Assembly (NCBI GenBank): GCA_964634205.1
Contig: CAZWKE010000015.1
Span: 66-64,065 of the forward strand
Direction: 5' to 3'
DNA from: an uncultured Spirochaetaceae bacterium
GTDB taxonomy: Bacteria; Spirochaetota; Spirochaetia; SZUA-6; RPPD01
DNA length: 64,000 nucleotides
The notes under the pieces were generated by a model. That model did no database searches and was not told where the DNA came from. It saw only the letters and a list, made by a program, of their open reading frames with translations. The position numbers were made by a program, and so were the translations under genes. Shown here in pieces: positions 53,970-63,967 of the stretch; position 1 is the stretch's first letter, and each line of letters begins with the position of its first letter.

Positions 53970-56197
53970 GCCTCACCTTTGGCTTTGTGCGCCCCCTCTT
54001 TTACCTGTTTGGATGGGTAGCGCATAAAAATAAACACGCCCAGGATGCCGATGATGCTGACAAAGATGCATGAAATGCGCACACCCAGCGGATTGGCGAT
54101 GTCCTTCCCGAACACCGAGTAAAAAAACGACATCAGCGCGAACGCGATCCCCAGGTTTAACTTCATAAAAAATCCGTGTACCCCGAAGTAGATGCCCTCA
54201 CGGCGTTCTCCCGTGATTTTATAATCATAGTCGCACAGGTCGGAAATAAATACATTGGGGATGATCAGCAGCACGGCCACGGAAAAGCCGAACAGGGCAA
54301 AGATGATCAATGTCCAGATAAGCGGCCCGATATTGACAAAGTTCACCCATTTCCCATTTGTAAAATGGGATACGCCGGTATGCGTGCCGAACCAGATATC
54401 ATGTTCCCCGCTGATCACCACGGCCGACACATAATCGTTTACCAGCCCTTGTGCGGTGGTATAGGTTTGCCATACGGATCCGTTGAAAAACGAGACGCCG
54501 TCCTTGGTCCCGGCATACAATCCCCCGTCGGGAGCGGCGGTAAGGGATGTTATGCGGTCGTTCACCAGGCCGTCCGCCTTTTTAACGGTGGTCCAGGTCC
54601 CGTTTTTGTAGCGGGAAAGGCCCACCTTGGTGCCGCACCAGAGTGAACCGTCCGTACCGGCCGCCAGCGCGGTGATCAGATTGTCCGCCAACCCGTCATT
54701 CACGGTAAAAGACCGCCAGGTCCCGCCGGAAAAGCGGGAGAGTCCCCGCTCGGTGCCGATCCAGACCGTACCCGTTTCATCAACCGTCAGCGCGGTAATT
54801 TGGTCGGCAATCAGGCCGCTTTGTTCATTATAACGCGCCCAGTTGTCCCCGTTATAGGAGGCCAGCCCGGTTTTTGTTCCCACCCAGACGGTCCCGTCCG
54901 GGGCCGCGGCCAGCGCGGTGACGGTACTCTCCGCCAGATCGCGGTCCGTGTTTCCCGCTGACCAGGCGCCGTCTTTATACACCGAAATGCCGGTTTTGGT
55001 GCCGAACCAAACGCCGCCGTCCGGTCCGCGTACCGATGACGTGATACTGTTGTCGGTCAGTCCGGAATCGCTGGTGTAATACCGCCAGTTTGTTCCGTCG
55101 AATGACGATACGCCGCGTGCCGTGCCGAACCAGGCCGTCCCATTATCAACGGTGACCGCGGTCACGTAATTGCAGGTGATACCGTCCGGGTTGCTGCCCA
55201 GGCCGGTGAAGGAAATCAGCACGGAGAAAAAGGCGAACAGGGCCATGCCGCTCATCATCACCTTCTTTTTCCCGATTTTACGGGACAAAAACAGGGCCAG
55301 GGGAAAGAACAGGGCCGCGCCCACAAAGATGATGATGGAGGCCAGGCCGATGGTTTCCTCGTTCATTACCATCATGGTTTCCCCGATATGGTTTACCGAA
55401 CCGCGGATTGTATTGAACATGAACCAGAAACACATGTTCGTCAGCAGAAAGATAATAAACGGTTTGTTTTTCAGGGTCAGTTTCAGCGATTCAAAAAAGG
55501 GTATGGCACAGGGCTTGGCGTTGGAATATTTCTTTTCGTTTACCGCGAATACGGCCATATAAACAAGTACGGCCCCCACGGCGCACAAAATGACGGCCAT
55601 CATCTGAAAGGCGCTGACGGGGTTGGAGGTTTTCAAAAATGTATCGTAGAGCATGGGGCCGCCGATCATAACCAGGCCCGCGCCGATAAGCGCAAAATAC
55701 CCCTGGGCGGTGGTAATGTTCAACCGCTCCTTCTCTGAATGCCCCAGCTCCGGAATCAGCGCAATATAGGGCGCCACGTACATCGTATAGAACAGGAAAT
55801 ACAGGCCGAATACCAGGGCCATGTAAATGACATTCAGGTAGGTGGTAAACTGAAACGGGGGAAAGAAGATCAGGGCGGTACAGGCCGCCAAAGGAAGCCC
55901 GCTGATCACCAGAAAAAACCTGCGCCGCCCCAGGGGAGAGCGGGACCGGTCCGACCAGGCGGCCACCGGAGGATCGGTGACGGCATCCACAATCCTGCCG
56001 AACACCATCAGAAGCCCCAGGACGGGGATGACCCCCCAGATCAGCTCCGGTACGAATTGGATCATTCCTTCTTCGATATTTTCGGCGGTAGGCAGAAAGA
56101 ACTTGGCGGAATAGAACAACAGCATGGTGTCGAACAGGGCATGCCCCGCCGTAGAAAGGTTATAAAGAAAAAGACGCGGTCCTTTAAAACGCTCCAT
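53966..56197 (-). CDS. MFS glycoside-pentoside-hexuronide (GPH/MelB-like) cation symporter with a ~300-aa two-component-regulator-propeller (Reg_prop) beta-propeller inserted between TM9 and TM10
   Basis: ATG at 56197 with a GGGAGG RBS. TM1-9 are GPH-like. Six and a half ~41-aa repeats of the form W[FVIC]GT..G[LIV]S.[FY]..G.W follow. Then 3 more TM helices. ATGA overlap with the GH31 gene. Confidence 0.75.
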   Translation of the reverse strand: MERFKGPRLFLYNLSTAGHALFDTMLLFYSAKFFLPTAENIEEGMIQFVPELIWGVIPVLGLLMVFGRIVDAVTDPPVAAWSDRSRSPLGRRRFFLVISGLPLAACTALIFFPPFQFTTYLNVIYMALVFGLYFLFYTMYVAPYIALIPELGHSEKERLNITTAQGYFALIGAGLVMIGGPMLYDTFLKTSNPVSAFQMMAVILCAVGAVLVYMAVFAVNEKKYSNAKPCAIPFFESLKLTLKNKPFIIFLLTNMCFWFMFNTIRGSVNHIGETMMVMNEETIGLASIIIFVGAALFFPLALFLSRKIGKKKVMMSGMALFAFFSVLISFTGLGSNPDGITCNYVTAVTVDNGTAWFGTARGVSSFDGTNWRYYTSDSGLTDNSITSSVRGPDGGVWFGTKTGISVYKDGAWSAGNTDRDLAESTVTALAAAPDGTVWVGTKTGLASYNGDNWARYNEQSGLIADQITALTVDETGTVWIGTERGLSRFSGGTWRSFTVNDGLADNLITALAAGTDGSLWCGTKVGLSRYKNGTWTTVKKADGLVNDRITSLTAAPDGGLYAGTKDGVSFFNGSVWQTYTTAQGLVNDYVSAVVISGEHDIWFGTHTGVSHFTNGKWVNFVNIGPLIWTLIIFALFGFSVAVLLIIPNVFISDLCDYDYKITGERREGIYFGVHGFFMKLNLGIAFALMSFFYSVFGKDIANPLGVRISCIFVSIIGILGVFIFMRYPSKQVKEGAHKAKGEA

Positions 56198-56303
56198 GGT
56201 ATGACCTCCCAACACAGCATAGAGGGAATCACTGAAAGAATCAAGCCAATTTTGGGGTTGCCCAGAAACGTTTTACATTATAGAATGTACCGTATAACAT
56301 AAA

Positions 56304-56375
56304 GCCAGAATAGCTCAGGGGTAGAGCAACGCTCTCGTAAAGCGTGGGTCGTGGGTTCAATTCCCACTTCTGGCT
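56304..56375 (+). tRNA. tRNA-Thr (anticodon CGU)
   Basis: Cloverleaf: acceptor GCCAGAA/TTCTGGC. Anticodon loop CTCGTAA. T-arm GTGGGTTCAATTCCCAC. No encoded CCA. Confidence 0.85.
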
Positions 56376-56408
56376 TTCCCCCAAAACATCATAACGGAGA
56401 CTTGAAAC

Positions 56409-56810
56409 ATGCAAAGGATTATGTGGCTTAAATACAAAGGCAAGAAAGTCTTATTTGCCGATTATTCCGGTGCTCCCGTCCGGGAAATCCTGGAATTATT
56501 TGATAAATTCAATAAATTCGTGGCGGGCTTGAACGAAAAAATATTGGTGCTGACGGATTTCAACAACATTAAGATCGATAAAATCATCATCCAGCGGTTA
56601 AAGGACGCTGATTCCAAAATGTCGGCCAAAAAATTCAAGAAGGCCGCGGTTCTGGGAATAGAGGGCGTAAAAAAGACCCTCCTGAACTTCTATAATGCCG
56701 CCACCGGAAGCAAGGTAAAGGCCTGCACCAATAAACAGGAAGCATTGGACTGGCTGGTTAAATCCGTAGGCAAGTCAGACCTGGCGGATGAAAGCTTTCT
56801 TGAGCAATAG
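56409..56810 (+). CDS. Hypothetical protein, possibly STAS/SpoIIAA-like fold
   Basis: 133 aa. Alternating beta/alpha pattern KVLFADYSGAP...ILVLTDFNNIK...AAVLGIEGVKK. No catalytic motifs. Confidence 0.35.
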   Translation: MQRIMWLKYKGKKVLFADYSGAPVREILELFDKFNKFVAGLNEKILVLTDFNNIKIDKIIIQRLKDADSKMSAKKFKKAAVLGIEGVKKTLLNFYNAATGSKVKACTNKQEALDWLVKSVGKSDLADESFLEQ

Positions 56811-56832
56811 CGAGCGGGCAGGGGCGGCCCGG

Positions 56833-57477
56833 TTATTCTTTGGATTTTCTGCGGCTTTTGACAAAGCGGTCGAAATCATTGATGTTTCTGATGACGATGC
56901 GGTCGTTGTACAACTCCACGCGGTGCTGCTGTGAGAAGTGGTTGATTACGTTTCTGCATTCCGCGGGCTGGATTCCCGCCCAGTGGGCGATGTCGTCCAC
57001 CGTGGCTTTGAACTCTATGGTATCGTTCTCTCTGTCGGCCGGCAGTTCTTTTTCGGCGAGCATCAGAAAAACATCCGCCACCTTGGCCTGGGTATCATCA
57101 AGAGTAAGAATCATAAAGCGGCGTTTCTGGTCATAAATGCGTTTGATGAACAGTTTCATCAGTTTCAGGGCGATCTGCGGGTTACCGCGCATCAGGATCT
57201 CAAAGTTGGCGCGGTTGAACTCCAGGGCCTGTACCCGGTCCATGGCAATGGCCGTGGCCGAGCGGGGGGCCTCCTCCAGAATGGCCATCTCTCCGAAGAT
57301 TTCACCGGGATTGAGAATATCCAGGGTCTTTTCGATATTTCCGATAATCTTGACGATCTTTACCCTGCCGGATTGGATCAGGTAGAAGTTATCACCCGGT
57401 TCGTACTCGCAGAAGATGATGCTGCCCTTGGGAAAGCCCTTGCTGAAACGCTGGAACATCTGGTCAAAAGAACTCAT
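56833..57477 (-). CDS. Crp/Fnr-family transcriptional regulator
   Basis: cNMP-binding GEIFGEMAILEEAPRSATAIA. C-terminal HTH. Confidence 0.8.
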   Translation of the reverse strand: MSSFDQMFQRFSKGFPKGSIIFCEYEPGDNFYLIQSGRVKIVKIIGNIEKTLDILNPGEIFGEMAILEEAPRSATAIAMDRVQALEFNRANFEILMRGNPQIALKLMKLFIKRIYDQKRRFMILTLDDTQAKVADVFLMLAEKELPADRENDTIEFKATVDDIAHWAGIQPAECRNVINHFSQQHRVELYNDRIVIRNINDFDRFVKSRRKSKE

Positions 57478-58487
57478 ACCTTCTCTCCTTCCAGTTTCCG
57501 CAGCGCCTTGCGTGCTTTCTGATACAGACTCTCGGTCTCGGGCGTAAGGGCCAGCACCTTTTTGAAGATGCTGATCGCCTTGTCACCATTGTTCATCGCG
57601 TTATGTGAGCTGGCGATAAAATAGAGGGCGTCCTTTACATCCGGGTGTTTGGGGTACTTCTGGATCCAGGTGGTAAAAAGCCGTATGCAGTTGTCGTATT
57701 TTTTTACATAGAACAGGCAGCGCCCCATCTCGTACTGTGATTTGGAAATGTACTCCTCATCATTCGATGAGTTGACGATCGCCTTGAATTCGTTATAGGC
57801 GTCATCGTATTTCTCCTGGCTGATCAGGCTGACCGCCTTATAGTAGGTTTGGGCCACGTCGGAGAGCTGCTTTGTTTCCTGCGGTTTTCCCGCGGGCGCC
57901 GGCTGTGCGGCCTGGGGTGCCGCATCCGGACCTTTTCCCTGGCCGTACCGGTTTAAATAGCTTTCGGCCGTTTCAATATTTTTGATGGCGTCCGAGGCCC
58001 GTGAACCCGATGGGTAATACACCAGGTAGCGTTTAAAGGCGTAGATGGCCTGGTCGTAGGCCTTGTTGGAAAGATAATACTCCCCGATACTGAACAGCCC
58101 CTTTTCGGGATTGATGTGTTCTTCGGCATGGATAAGGTTCTGTACCTGTTTTTGAATGCGGCGCAGCTGGTTGGAAAATACCTTCAGCATCTTTAAGACC
58201 ACGCGGCCGTGTTTGCCGACAAGCTGTTCGAACTCCGGCACGGAAAAGGCAACCACGGTGGAATCGGCCAGCACCACCGCCGTCTCCTCGCGTCTGAACC
58301 TGCCCAGGGCGGATTTTACGCCGAAAAACTCACCGGTCTTTACCAGGTCGTGGATCTCCTGTCCGGTTTCAATATCCTCGTAATTCAGGCTGACCTTGCC
58401 GGCATTGAGAATGAATACCTTGTCACCGATATCTCCCTGAAAATAGATAATGGAATTGGCTTTATAGAACACGGACTTTGGCGACAC
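57474..58487 (-). CDS. Cyclic-nucleotide-binding domain protein with C-terminal TPR repeats
   Basis: N-terminal cNMP-binding FFGVKSALGRFRREETAVVLADSTV. Then 3-4 TPR-like repeats (AYDQAIYAFKRYLVYYP...). ATGA overlap with crp. Confidence 0.65.
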   Translation of the reverse strand: MSPKSVFYKANSIIYFQGDIGDKVFILNAGKVSLNYEDIETGQEIHDLVKTGEFFGVKSALGRFRREETAVVLADSTVVAFSVPEFEQLVGKHGRVVLKMLKVFSNQLRRIQKQVQNLIHAEEHINPEKGLFSIGEYYLSNKAYDQAIYAFKRYLVYYPSGSRASDAIKNIETAESYLNRYGQGKGPDAAPQAAQPAPAGKPQETKQLSDVAQTYYKAVSLISQEKYDDAYNEFKAIVNSSNDEEYISKSQYEMGRCLFYVKKYDNCIRLFTTWIQKYPKHPDVKDALYFIASSHNAMNNGDKAISIFKKVLALTPETESLYQKARKALRKLEGEKV

Positions 58488-58530
58488 TCTTTTACAAACC
58501 CCTTACATAATACTATATGTTATCATTATA

Positions 58531-59763
58531 CTAGAGGTCAAGGGGCATAAATTCAAGCACTTTTTTGTACCCGACCGCCTTGCGTATTTTCTTCAACAGG
58601 TTTACCGGATCTCCCTTGACCAGCATTTCCTGACCCCCCACCCGTATGCGCGTGTAATCGACCTCCTGCAGTTTGAAGAACTCCTCCATGTCAGTGGAGC
58701 CCAGGACCGGTTTTCCCTCGGTTACAAGCAGCGCGATGTGATGCAGTTCGGTCTGCAGCAATGACTCATAGGGATCATCGTGCTGTGCCTTGATCACCAG
58801 GATGTCGGCGTATTTCCCGGCTTCCAGCGTCCCCAGGTCCTTCTCGATTTTCAGCGCAGCCGCCGGGTTTACGGTGACCATATCGGTCAGCAGCGCGTCC
58901 GGAATATCCTCGCCGTACATTGTGCGATAGATCCGTTTGGCAAACCTCATTTCTTCAAGCAGGTTCAACGAACCGGTGGCCGTGGAATCCGTGCCCAGTG
59001 AAACATTGATTCCGGTCTGCAATATCTTTTTTATTTTACAGGTCAGGTTGTACATAAAGACGTTCGACGCCGGGCACCACACGATGTTGCAGCCGGCCTT
59101 TTTGGTTTTCTTTATGTCCTGTTCGGAAAAGCCGATGCAGTGGATGTTCAGGTTGTACTTGTCGTACGCGTTATGACTTTCCAGAAGCTCCACCCCGCCC
59201 TGGTAATCCGCGTCGAACCCTTCTTCCAGGTGCACAATAAAGGGGCAGTTTTCTTTTTTGGCCCTGGTATGTTCTTCCGTGATACTGTCGCCCCAGTGCA
59301 GCGAATGTGAACTGGCCTCATGGTACAGGGTGTATTTGGAAATCACGCGGATGGGGAGCTTGGGAATATAGAGGTCGTTGATTTTATGCGGATAATGGTC
59401 CTGTACGGTGGTGGCGCCGGAAAAAAGGTTTTTGTACGCCCCCAGGAAATAGCAGTCTTCCTCGGAGATCTTTGCCCGTTCCTTGACCACGGAGGAGACA
59501 CGCAGGTCGGTCTCCCAGTCGTGACACTTGGTGTAAAAGGTTCCGTCGGGCGGGCCGATTTTGGGCAGGTAATCCCCCCTCAGGTGATCGTGCACATTAA
59601 TCAACGCGGGGAAGATAAACGTATCGTCCGGCAGGGTGATATGGTGTTCCGCCTGTGTCCCGATATCTTCGATATGTTTGTTATTGATTTTTATTATGCC
59701 CTTATTTATGACTTTTTTAGGTGTAATTAAGGCATTTCCCTTTAATGAATATTTTTCCAGCAT
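58531..59763 (-). CDS. Amidohydrolase-family metal-dependent hydrolase (deaminase/chlorohydrolase-like)
   Basis: N-terminal metal motif LINVHDHL. HxH plus downstream His/Asp ligands. 410 aa. Confidence 0.7.
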   Translation of the reverse strand: MLEKYSLKGNALITPKKVINKGIIKINNKHIEDIGTQAEHHITLPDDTFIFPALINVHDHLRGDYLPKIGPPDGTFYTKCHDWETDLRVSSVVKERAKISEEDCYFLGAYKNLFSGATTVQDHYPHKINDLYIPKLPIRVISKYTLYHEASSHSLHWGDSITEEHTRAKKENCPFIVHLEEGFDADYQGGVELLESHNAYDKYNLNIHCIGFSEQDIKKTKKAGCNIVWCPASNVFMYNLTCKIKKILQTGINVSLGTDSTATGSLNLLEEMRFAKRIYRTMYGEDIPDALLTDMVTVNPAAALKIEKDLGTLEAGKYADILVIKAQHDDPYESLLQTELHHIALLVTEGKPVLGSTDMEEFFKLQEVDYTRIRVGGQEMLVKGDPVNLLKKIRKAVGYKKVLEFMPLDL

Positions 59764-60104
59764 TCATTCACCTTTCAGCTCATCATCAGTCTAAAACGTT
59801 TTCACGTAATTATTATCGGAATATGTATTATATCCTACATACAATAAAATCAATATTATAAATATACAATAAAATCGTGGAATTTCTCAATAAATTTACC
59901 GGTACATTTTTTTATACCCGGGGTGGTGTACCTTGGTGACAAAAAGTTATACTTTTGTATACTATTATTTTTTCCGCGCAATCATACCTTGGAAGGTCCT
60001 GTTTTATAATTCCATACAATATATAAACTTACATAAATGCCTGATAAGTGGCATGCTTTTTGCTAATTAATAGATGAAGAATATTATACAATGAGGTGAA
60101 TACA

Positions 60105-61271
60105 ATGAATGTGGTGGAAAAAAACAAAAAAAACACAATTTTGCAGATTAATGTTGATAACCTCAGCCCGGGAATGAAATTCAGCGAGGCGGTATACTTT
60201 GCGGACAACTGCATGTTTTTACCACCCGGACTGCCGGTAAGAGAAAAAGACATAAGGAAACTGAAGAAGATGTCCATTACGAACGTGTATACCGCGGGCG
60301 GACTGGTGGAGCATAACGCGGTTTTTGTAAACAGGAGAAAAAGCCTGGAGGTATCGTACATCCAGCAGGGTGAAAAAGAATGCCTAAAGATTTACAACGC
60401 TATCTTTAAGAAGATGTGCAACATATTCCATAACCTGGCACACCGGGAGCCCGTTGATCCCCGCTCCATCGATAACGTCATCAACGAACTGTATATGATC
60501 GTCAAACACGACGCCAATCACATGGTACAGCTAATTCTGAATATCGATAACAGCAGCGATGATCTTGTGTTAAGCTCGATCAACTGCGCCATTATCTCGA
60601 TGGTAACGGGATTTGGGCTGAAGCTTTCGGGCCATAAAATAATCCAACTGGCAACCGGGGCCCTGCTGCACGATGTAGGCATGCTGCGCATTCCCGCGCA
60701 AATTCTTGGGAAGCAGAACAAGCTTTCCGCCAGAGAGACCGAGCTTGTTAAAACACATACGCTCCATTCATATAATATTATTTTCAAGGAACTGCATTAC
60801 GCCCAGGAGATTGCCCAGACCGGCCTGTACCATCACGAACACTGGGACGGCAAGGGATACCCCAAAAAGCTGCAGGGGCATAAAATTCCGGTCTACGCCA
60901 TGATTGTGGCCGTGGTGGATTCATTCGTGGCCATGATCAACAAGCGGCCGTACCGAAAACACATCCTGGGATACGACGCCGTCAAAAGTATTATGCGGGA
61001 TACGTTTACCCGGTTTAACTCCGAGATCGTCAAGGTATTTCTCAAAAGCATCGGTATCTACCCGGTGGGCAGCATGGTCTTGTTGAACGACTACCGCATC
61101 GGCAGGGTGATCGACGTTCAGGTGGGCTCCCCCTTACGGCCCAAGCTGGAGATTGTGGTTGATGAGATCGGCAGGAAACTGTCCGCTCCCCAGGTCCTGG
61201 ACCTGATGACCAACGATCGGGTATACATTTTAAAACCTCTTGATGCGCGAAAAGTGGTAAACTCCTGGTAA
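60105..61271 (+). CDS. HD-GYP domain cyclic-di-GMP phosphodiesterase (paralogue of 45905-47071)
   Basis: LLHDVGMLRIP and HHEHWDGKGYP. The N-terminal domain aligns with the first HD-GYP protein. ATG at 60105 with GAGGTG upstream. Confidence 0.85.
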   Translation: MNVVEKNKKNTILQINVDNLSPGMKFSEAVYFADNCMFLPPGLPVREKDIRKLKKMSITNVYTAGGLVEHNAVFVNRRKSLEVSYIQQGEKECLKIYNAIFKKMCNIFHNLAHREPVDPRSIDNVINELYMIVKHDANHMVQLILNIDNSSDDLVLSSINCAIISMVTGFGLKLSGHKIIQLATGALLHDVGMLRIPAQILGKQNKLSARETELVKTHTLHSYNIIFKELHYAQEIAQTGLYHHEHWDGKGYPKKLQGHKIPVYAMIVAVVDSFVAMINKRPYRKHILGYDAVKSIMRDTFTRFNSEIVKVFLKSIGIYPVGSMVLLNDYRIGRVIDVQVGSPLRPKLEIVVDEIGRKLSAPQVLDLMTNDRVYILKPLDARKVVNSW

Positions 61272-61390
61272 AACAAAGCAATATATTATGGTTTAACAAG
61301 GCCCCCGGTTCCTCCTTACGAGGGCCTTGTCTTATGTTATTCAACAATTGACAGTATGCGGCGCTTTTAGTACTATTTTATTAGAGGACA

Positions 61391-61894
61391 ATGGAAGCAA
61401 AGACAAAATTACATATTGTTACCCTCGGAGACCCGCTGTTAAACGAGAAATCGCTGGGTATCGACGATTTCAGTAATGGCCTGCATGACCTGGTGCGGGA
61501 TATGTTTCAGTGCATGTATAACGGCAAGGGAGTGGGGCTGGCGGCCGTACAGGTGGGAAAACTCCTGCGGGTGTTTATTACCCACCTGCCCAAGGACGAG
61601 CCCCGGGTATTCGTAAATCCCGAGATCATTACCACCTCCATCAACGAAAACACGTACGAAGAGGGCTGTTTAAGCATTCCCGCGGTTTATTCCGATGTCA
61701 AAAGGCCGTCAACCGTCAAGGTGCAGGCTATGGATCTGAAAGGAAAATACTTTACCCTGGACGCTGACGAGTTTTTGGCGCGGGTGGTGCAGCATGAGCT
61801 GGATCACCTGGAAGGGGTCCTCTTTGTCGACAGGGTTTCAAAAAACAAAAAAAAGCAGCTGTTAAAAACATATCAAAGGAAAGCAAACGCATAA
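61391..61894 (+). CDS. def: Peptide deformylase
   Basis: GVGLAAVQVG, EGCLSIP and HELDHLEG motifs. Confidence 0.9.
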   Translation: MEAKTKLHIVTLGDPLLNEKSLGIDDFSNGLHDLVRDMFQCMYNGKGVGLAAVQVGKLLRVFITHLPKDEPRVFVNPEIITTSINENTYEEGCLSIPAVYSDVKRPSTVKVQAMDLKGKYFTLDADEFLARVVQHELDHLEGVLFVDRVSKNKKKQLLKTYQRKANA

Positions 61895-62835
61895 TGCGCC
61901 TTGTATTCGCGGGTACTCCTCAGTTTGCGGTTCCTTCGCTTCATGCGGCAGTAAAGGAGCATGAGGTCTGCGCCGTGCTGACCGCGCCCGACCGCGCGGC
62001 GGGAAGGGGCAAAAAAGTGAGCTCCTCCGCCGTAAAACAGGCCGCGGCGGAACTGGGGACAGCCGTGCTTCAGCCCGAAAGGTTCGATGAAGCCTTTATT
62101 TCACGGATAAGAGAGCTGGGTCCCGAGCTGCTGGTGGTGGCGGCCTACGGGGTGATCTTCAAAAAAGCGTTTCTTGACGTGTTTCCCCTGGGCGCCGTAA
62201 ACGTGCACCCTTCGCTCCTGCCGCGCTTTCGGGGGCCTTCGCCCATTCCGGCGGCAATCCTGGCCGGGGATGCCGAAACCGGGGTTACCATCCAGCGCCT
62301 GGCGCTGAAAATGGACAGCGGCGATATTCTGGCGCAGGAGCGCCGTCCCCTTACCGGAAAGGAAACCACGGCCGGGCTGACCCCGGAACTGTCTGTTATG
62401 GGGGCAAAGCTGCTGCAAGACGTACTGACGGCGCTGGCAAACCGTACGGCGACCCCGCGCCCGCAGGATGAGGAGAATGCCTCTTACTGCAAATTGGTGC
62501 ATAAGGAAGACGGCCGTATAGACTGGAGCAAAGGCGCCGCTTACATCGGCCGTATGATGCGGGCATATGATCCGTGGCCCGGTGCATTTACCACGTATAA
62601 TGGAACAATCCTGTTTCTCCGGAGCGGCTATACGCATCCGCAGCCGATTTTCGACGCGGAAAACGCTCCCGGAACGGTTTTGGGAGTAGACAAACAGCAT
62701 GGAATTCTGATACACACTAATAATGGTGTTTTATGTGTGCAGAGCTTGCAGCTTCAGTTTAAAAAGCCCTGTTTGTGGAGGGATTTCTTGAACGGCCATA
62801 AGGATTTTATTGGAACGATACTTGGAGGAAGTTGA
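61894..62835 (+). CDS. fmt: Methionyl-tRNA formyltransferase
   Basis: MRLVFAGTPQFAVPSL N-terminus. NVHPSLLPRFRG formyltransferase motif. Adjacent to def. Confidence 0.9.
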   Translation: MRLVFAGTPQFAVPSLHAAVKEHEVCAVLTAPDRAAGRGKKVSSSAVKQAAAELGTAVLQPERFDEAFISRIRELGPELLVVAAYGVIFKKAFLDVFPLGAVNVHPSLLPRFRGPSPIPAAILAGDAETGVTIQRLALKMDSGDILAQERRPLTGKETTAGLTPELSVMGAKLLQDVLTALANRTATPRPQDEENASYCKLVHKEDGRIDWSKGAAYIGRMMRAYDPWPGAFTTYNGTILFLRSGYTHPQPIFDAENAPGTVLGVDKQHGILIHTNNGVLCVQSLQLQFKKPCLWRDFLNGHKDFIGTILGGS

Positions 62836-63869
62836 TGTTTTCATTATTCGATAAGATTAAACAGATCATACCCGGCGCTGCGGACGCCCCCGAAACAAGG
62901 GATTTTAAGGTAGGGGTGTTCCTGCTGTCGGGACTTTTGGTGCTTATTCTGCTGGTGGGATTTTTTGCCTTCTTTATTGTGTTCCAGGGCGGACACATCA
63001 CCACGGTTCCGGACCTTATGGGTAAAGACCTGGTAACGGGTCTGAAAATGCTGCAGGCAAAAAACCTGATTGCCGAGGTGGACGATAAGTTCACCGACGC
63101 GCCGGAAGACAAGGGCAAGATTGTCAGCCAGGACCCGGCGTACCGTACCGAGGTGCGTGAGGGCCAGGTGATCAAACTGATGGTGAGCAAGGGGGCCCCC
63201 GTAGACCGCGTGGGCAACTACATCGGCAAGACCCTGACCCAGGTAAAGGCCATATTGAATACACAGTTTGCCACTTCGGACAAGCAACTGATAACGATTA
63301 TCGACAGCCTGATCTCGTACAAGAATGACCCATCTGCCGCCGGCACCGTGCTTGCCCAGAAACCGGAACCGGACACCCCCCTGACCGACGAGCCGGTCAA
63401 GCTTGAGCTTGTAATCAGCAAGGGACCGGGAAAGAAAATGATAACGATCAGCAAGTACGTGGGAAAGAACTTCATGCAGGTGGTAAATGAGCTGAACCAG
63501 GCCGGCATCCCCTATATTTTTCTCGTTAAGAACGCATCCGGCGCCGAACAACAGGGTGTGGTGATCTCTCAGAGTCCGGCCGCGGGCAAAAGCGTTCCCG
63601 AGGGCTTGATCCTGGACCTGACGATGACCAAGCCCGCCAATGTTCCGTCCGGCAACGTCTTCGGGGTATTCCAGGCCCAGGTCCCCAACTTCGATACCAT
63701 GAGCAAGGTTGAGGTGGTGGCCGTATCCGGCCAATCACGCACCGTATTGATGTCCATGATGCATCCCGGCGGCAGCATTTCCATTCCCTATATTCTGGAT
63801 AAAGACAGCGAGATTTCGTTATATGTAAACGGTGACAGAATAGTAAAAAAGGCTGTAGCGCCGTATTAG
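62832..63869 (+). CDS. PASTA-domain membrane protein (single TM plus tandem extracellular PASTA repeats)
   Basis: TM GVFLLSGLLVLILLVGFFAFFIV. Then repeated VPDLMGKDL...G.V..Q.P PASTA modules. Confidence 0.65.
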   Translation: MMFSLFDKIKQIIPGAADAPETRDFKVGVFLLSGLLVLILLVGFFAFFIVFQGGHITTVPDLMGKDLVTGLKMLQAKNLIAEVDDKFTDAPEDKGKIVSQDPAYRTEVREGQVIKLMVSKGAPVDRVGNYIGKTLTQVKAILNTQFATSDKQLITIIDSLISYKNDPSAAGTVLAQKPEPDTPLTDEPVKLELVISKGPGKKMITISKYVGKNFMQVVNELNQAGIPYIFLVKNASGAEQQGVVISQSPAAGKSVPEGLILDLTMTKPANVPSGNVFGVFQAQVPNFDTMSKVEVVAVSGQSRTVLMSMMHPGGSISIPYILDKDSEISLYVNGDRIVKKAVAPY

Positions 63870-63895
63870 ATTTTACGATATACTTTATGTAACCT

Positions 63896-63967
63896 GCGAG
63901 CGTCGTATAATGGTTATTACCCGAGCTTCCCAAGCTCGTGACGAGGGTTCGATTCCCTTCGCTCGCT
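63896..63967 (+). tRNA. tRNA-Gly (anticodon CCC)
   Basis: GCGAGCG acceptor. Anticodon loop TTCCCAA. T-arm GAGGGTTCGATTCCCTT. Near-identical to the E. coli tRNA-Gly(CCC) core. Confidence 0.85.
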
